From positions 1-56,295 of the forward strand of contig JANPEF010000075.1 in assembly GCA_031431875.1 (NCBI GenBank): a stretch of DNA of 56,295 nucleotides, written 5' to 3'. Made by a program: the position numbers and the translations under genes. Origin of the DNA: Candidatus Eiseniibacteriota bacterium. Lineage in GTDB: Bacteria > Eisenbacteria > RBG-16-71-46 > DASYSL01. Below the pieces are notes generated by a model. The model was not told the origin of the DNA, searched no databases, and was given only the letters and a program-made list of their open reading frames with translations. Of this stretch, positions 53,428 to 56,295 are shown piece by piece. The stretch's first letter is position 1. Each line of letters starts with the position of its first letter.

Positions 53428-54434
53428 CAGAAGCGTCCTCCCAGCGAGACGCGGTGGATCGCGCCGAGGGCGCCACCGTCGCTGTAGGCGTAGTCGAGCG
53501 TACCGCGCACCGAGCCGAACTCGGGGTAGAAGCCGGCCCCGGCGGACCACTTGATCTCGTTGGCATTGAGGTCGTAGCCGCTGCGCACCGCGAAGCGCCG
53601 CGACCACTCGTACTCGGCACCGACGCGGGTGTCGAACTGGTTGTCCGACGGCTGGTCGAACTCGATCGACGTGGTCAGGCGGTGGTTCTCCTTCTCGATC
53701 GGCTCCCACGCGACGCCGAAGCGGAACGTGGTCGGCGGGCTGAAGCTGTCGTAGGTGCGCGTCTCCCCGGTGGTCGGCGAGACGAACTCGCCGCCGGGCG
53801 AGAAGTCGGGGCCGAAGTGCGCCATCGTCATGCCGATGCGCACGCTCGAGATGCCCAGGTAATAGATCGATCCCAGGTCGACGAGGATGTTGTTCGCCGA
53901 GGTGCCGCCGACGTCGGAGCCCAGGTCCTGGTGCACGTACTTGGCGCCGACGCCGAACAGCAGGCGATCGGTGATTCGCGCCGAGTAGGTGAGCCCGGCC
54001 TGCCAGTCCGCGTAGCCGAACGTGATGCCGGTGCCGAACGGCCGCTCCTCGGTCGTTTCCTCGATGTCGGTCGCGAGCACGCCGATCTGCACGCCCACCG
54101 AGCCGCCCAGCTTCTTCACCGGGGCGATGTAGGTGAGGTGGTTGTAGGTGATGTCGGCCGGCCACTGCACGTTCGAGACCATCACCTCGCGGCGCACGAT
54201 CGAGGCAACGCCGGCCGGGTTCCAGTAGACCGCCGACGGATCGTTGGCCACGGCCACGAACGCGCCCCCCATGCCCATCGCCCGCGCGCCCAGCCCGATC
54301 TTGAGGAACTGTCCCGTCGTCGTCGCGATGCGCTCCTCGCCGACGGCCTCGGCGGACGGGGGCGCGGCGAGAGCGCCGGCGAACGCCCCGACAGCGAGCG
54401 CCATCGCGACACGCATGCGGTGTCTAGAAGTCAT
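53427..54434 (-). CDS. PorV/PorQ (UPF0164) family outer-membrane beta-barrel
   Basis: FLKIGLGARAMGMGGAFVAVANDPSAVYWNPAG; G.EY, DYAY, HRVSL..RF C-terminus. Confidence 0.88.
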   Translation of the reverse strand: MTSRHRMRVAMALAVGAFAGALAAPPSAEAVGEERIATTTGQFLKIGLGARAMGMGGAFVAVANDPSAVYWNPAGVASIVRREVMVSNVQWPADITYNHLTYIAPVKKLGGSVGVQIGVLATDIEETTEERPFGTGITFGYADWQAGLTYSARITDRLLFGVGAKYVHQDLGSDVGGTSANNILVDLGSIYYLGISSVRIGMTMAHFGPDFSPGGEFVSPTTGETRTYDSFSPPTTFRFGVAWEPIEKENHRLTTSIEFDQPSDNQFDTRVGAEYEWSRRFAVRSGYDLNANEIKWSAGAGFYPEFGSVRGTLDYAYSDGGALGAIHRVSLGGRF

Positions 54435-56295
54435 AGTCCACCCCCAGCCGCCAGCGCATGCCCGGACCCTTGTAGCCCGGATTGGTCAGCACCGAGTTGA
54501 CCTCGTACTCCGTCGGGTTCACGTACTGGCCGGCGCCCGCCTGCGGCAGTTCGCCCGTGTTCGAGTCGACGCGCTTGGCCACTTCCTGGCCGAGCAGGTT
54601 CTCGCCGACCAGCGACAGGCGCAACCGGTTCGCGCCGAGCGGGATGTCCTGCGCGAGCCGCAGGTTGAGCTGGGTCTCGAGCGGTCCGTTCGCCGAGTAG
54701 TCGGCCGCGGTCGCGTTGCCGTTGACGTCGGTCGGAGTGTAGGCGCGCCCGGACTGGATCACGCCCGAGAGATTCGCCCCGAAGCCGCGTGGAATCGCCA
54801 TGCCCAGCGCCGTCACGCGGTCCCCCTCGTTGGGCGAGCGAAAGTCGACCGCGAAGTTGAGCCGATGCGGCCGGTTCCAGAACAGGTAGCTCTCGCCCAG
54901 GTTGCGCTCGCGCGCGTTGCCGCCGTTCTCCTCGACGATCTTCGCCGCATTCGGGTCGCTCGACTTGCCCTTGGCGACCGTGTACGTGTAATTCGCGCGC
55001 CATGACCAGTAGCGGCGGCGCGACTTCTCGAACTCGACCTCGAACCCGCGCGAGCGTGCGAAGTCGAGGTTGAGGAAGACGAGGAAGTCCGAGATGTTCT
55101 CGCCCTCGAGACGCTGGAACGAGACCGACGTCGGGTAGTCGTAGATGTCCTTCTGGAACAGCGACACCTTGCCGGCCAGGTCGGGGCGGAATAGATGCTC
55201 GCCACCGACCTCGAACTGCACCGACTTCTCGGGGTTCAGGTTCGGGTTGCCCAGCACCGGGAACGACGCCGACGAGACCGACGTGAGCTTGGAATACACA
55301 TAGTAGTAGGACGGGAACTGGGTGAACTGGCCGAAGTTGAAGAACAGCTTGTCCTGCCCGCGGATCGGGTGCGAAACGGCGATGCGCGGGGACATGACGC
55401 CCTTCACCTTGCGCCCGAAGATGTCGCCCGTGTCCTGCTCGAACTCCTCGCGGGTGGCGTTGCTGATGTTCTTGTTCGACGTGTCGGCGACCGCGTCCTC
55501 GAGCTCGCTGCCGGGAAAGAACCAGTCGAGCCGCAGGCCCGCGTCGACGATGAAGCCCTCGTACTCGAGCCGGTCCTGCGCGTACGCCGCACCCTGCATC
55601 GGGTGCACGTTCCACAGGTCGTGATCGCGACCCAGCCCGTCGGGGTCGTACACCCACGGATCGATGATCGTCGTGTACTGCACGTCCTGCCAGGAGTTCT
55701 GCGCCCCGAACTCGGCCTTGTGGATGGTGCCGAAGTTGCGCGCCAGGCGGTAGTCGGCCGTGTTGCTGATCGACTTCGCGAAGTTCCACTCGTTGTAGTC
55801 GCCCGAGTCCTGGAAGTACGGCCGGTTCTCCCCCGCCGGTAGCGCGTCGTCGTCGGGCTGCACGTAGTCGGGCCACTTCATCCCGTCGACCGCGATCTCC
55901 TGCCCCGAGAACGCGCGCGACAATTTCAGCTGGTGAAATCCGCGCGTGCCGGTCGTCTTCGTCAGGTCGAAGGCGAATGTATTCGCGTCGCTGGTCACCG
56001 TCGCGAAGTGCGGCAGCCGATCGGCCAGGTACCAGGGGTAGGTCAGCGCCTGCCCGGCGATGTCGGCAAACGGGCGGCGGTTGAAGCCCTGGTCGAACGC
56101 GATGTTCTTGTTGTAGGCGAGGCCGATCTTGAGGTCGGGCTGCGGCTTGTAGACCCACTTGACGACGCCGCGCCAGATGTTCTCCTCGAACGGCATGAAG
56201 AAGTTGGGCGAGTAGATCCACTTGAAGCCGAGGAACGAGTCCTCGTACCCCGAGCGCAAGCGCGGCCGGCCATCGAGGTCCTGGATGTTCGGCAG
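54424..56295 (-). CDS. TonB-dependent receptor (5' part outside window)
   Basis: Frame open to window end; AYAQDRLE, GLRLDWF, SPRIAVSHP, GNPNLNPEKSVQFEVG, NLDFARSRGFE, C-terminal LGVDYDF. Confidence 0.9.
   Translation of the reverse strand: MPNIQDLDGRPRLRSGYEDSFLGFKWIYSPNFFMPFEENIWRGVVKWVYKPQPDLKIGLAYNKNIAFDQGFNRRPFADIAGQALTYPWYLADRLPHFATVTSDANTFAFDLTKTTGTRGFHQLKLSRAFSGQEIAVDGMKWPDYVQPDDDALPAGENRPYFQDSGDYNEWNFAKSISNTADYRLARNFGTIHKAEFGAQNSWQDVQYTTIIDPWVYDPDGLGRDHDLWNVHPMQGAAYAQDRLEYEGFIVDAGLRLDWFFPGSELEDAVADTSNKNISNATREEFEQDTGDIFGRKVKGVMSPRIAVSHPIRGQDKLFFNFGQFTQFPSYYYVYSKLTSVSSASFPVLGNPNLNPEKSVQFEVGGEHLFRPDLAGKVSLFQKDIYDYPTSVSFQRLEGENISDFLVFLNLDFARSRGFEVEFEKSRRRYWSWRANYTYTVAKGKSSDPNAAKIVEENGGNARERNLGESYLFWNRPHRLNFAVDFRSPNEGDRVTALGMAIPRGFGANLSGVIQSGRAYTPTDVNGNATAADYSANGPLETQLNLRLAQDIPLGANRLRLSLVGENLLGQEVAKRVDSNTGELPQAGAGQYVNPTEYEVNSVLTNPGYKGPGMRWRLGVDYDF

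Overview
Very GC-rich bacterial chromosomal window. The gene content (PorV-family barrel, FlgD/T9SS-like C-terminal domains, 'SWGxVKxxYR' tails) suggests an FCB-group organism such as an Eisenbacteria-like lineage; this is inference. Housekeeping blocks: phoH-7TM/HD hydrolase-ybeY-2xCNNM-recO-glyQ; pckA; vanZ-hisS-aspS; tRNA-Lys(CTT); ccsA-hemA; clpB; recQ. Main points of interest: (1) an intact, translationally coupled operon (28803->22457) of a PTS EIIA gene followed by strongly diverged paralogs of only the membrane arm of complex I (NuoH-like, NuoJ-K fusion, stand-alone NuoL C-terminal piece, NuoM-like, NuoN-like). A zinc-ribbon/TPR gene sits where most of NuoL should be, and most proton-pumping residues appear lost. 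(2) A duplicated clpB 3' end plus terminator bracketing one secreted-protein gene, resembling an integration scar. (3) A TonB receptor-PorV-lipoprotein locus followed by secreted OB-fold and double-HKD proteins, a candidate nucleic-acid utilisation locus. (4) An HNH gene with structured flanks next to an amidohydrolase remnant. All homology calls come from motif recognition by eye; no searches were run.
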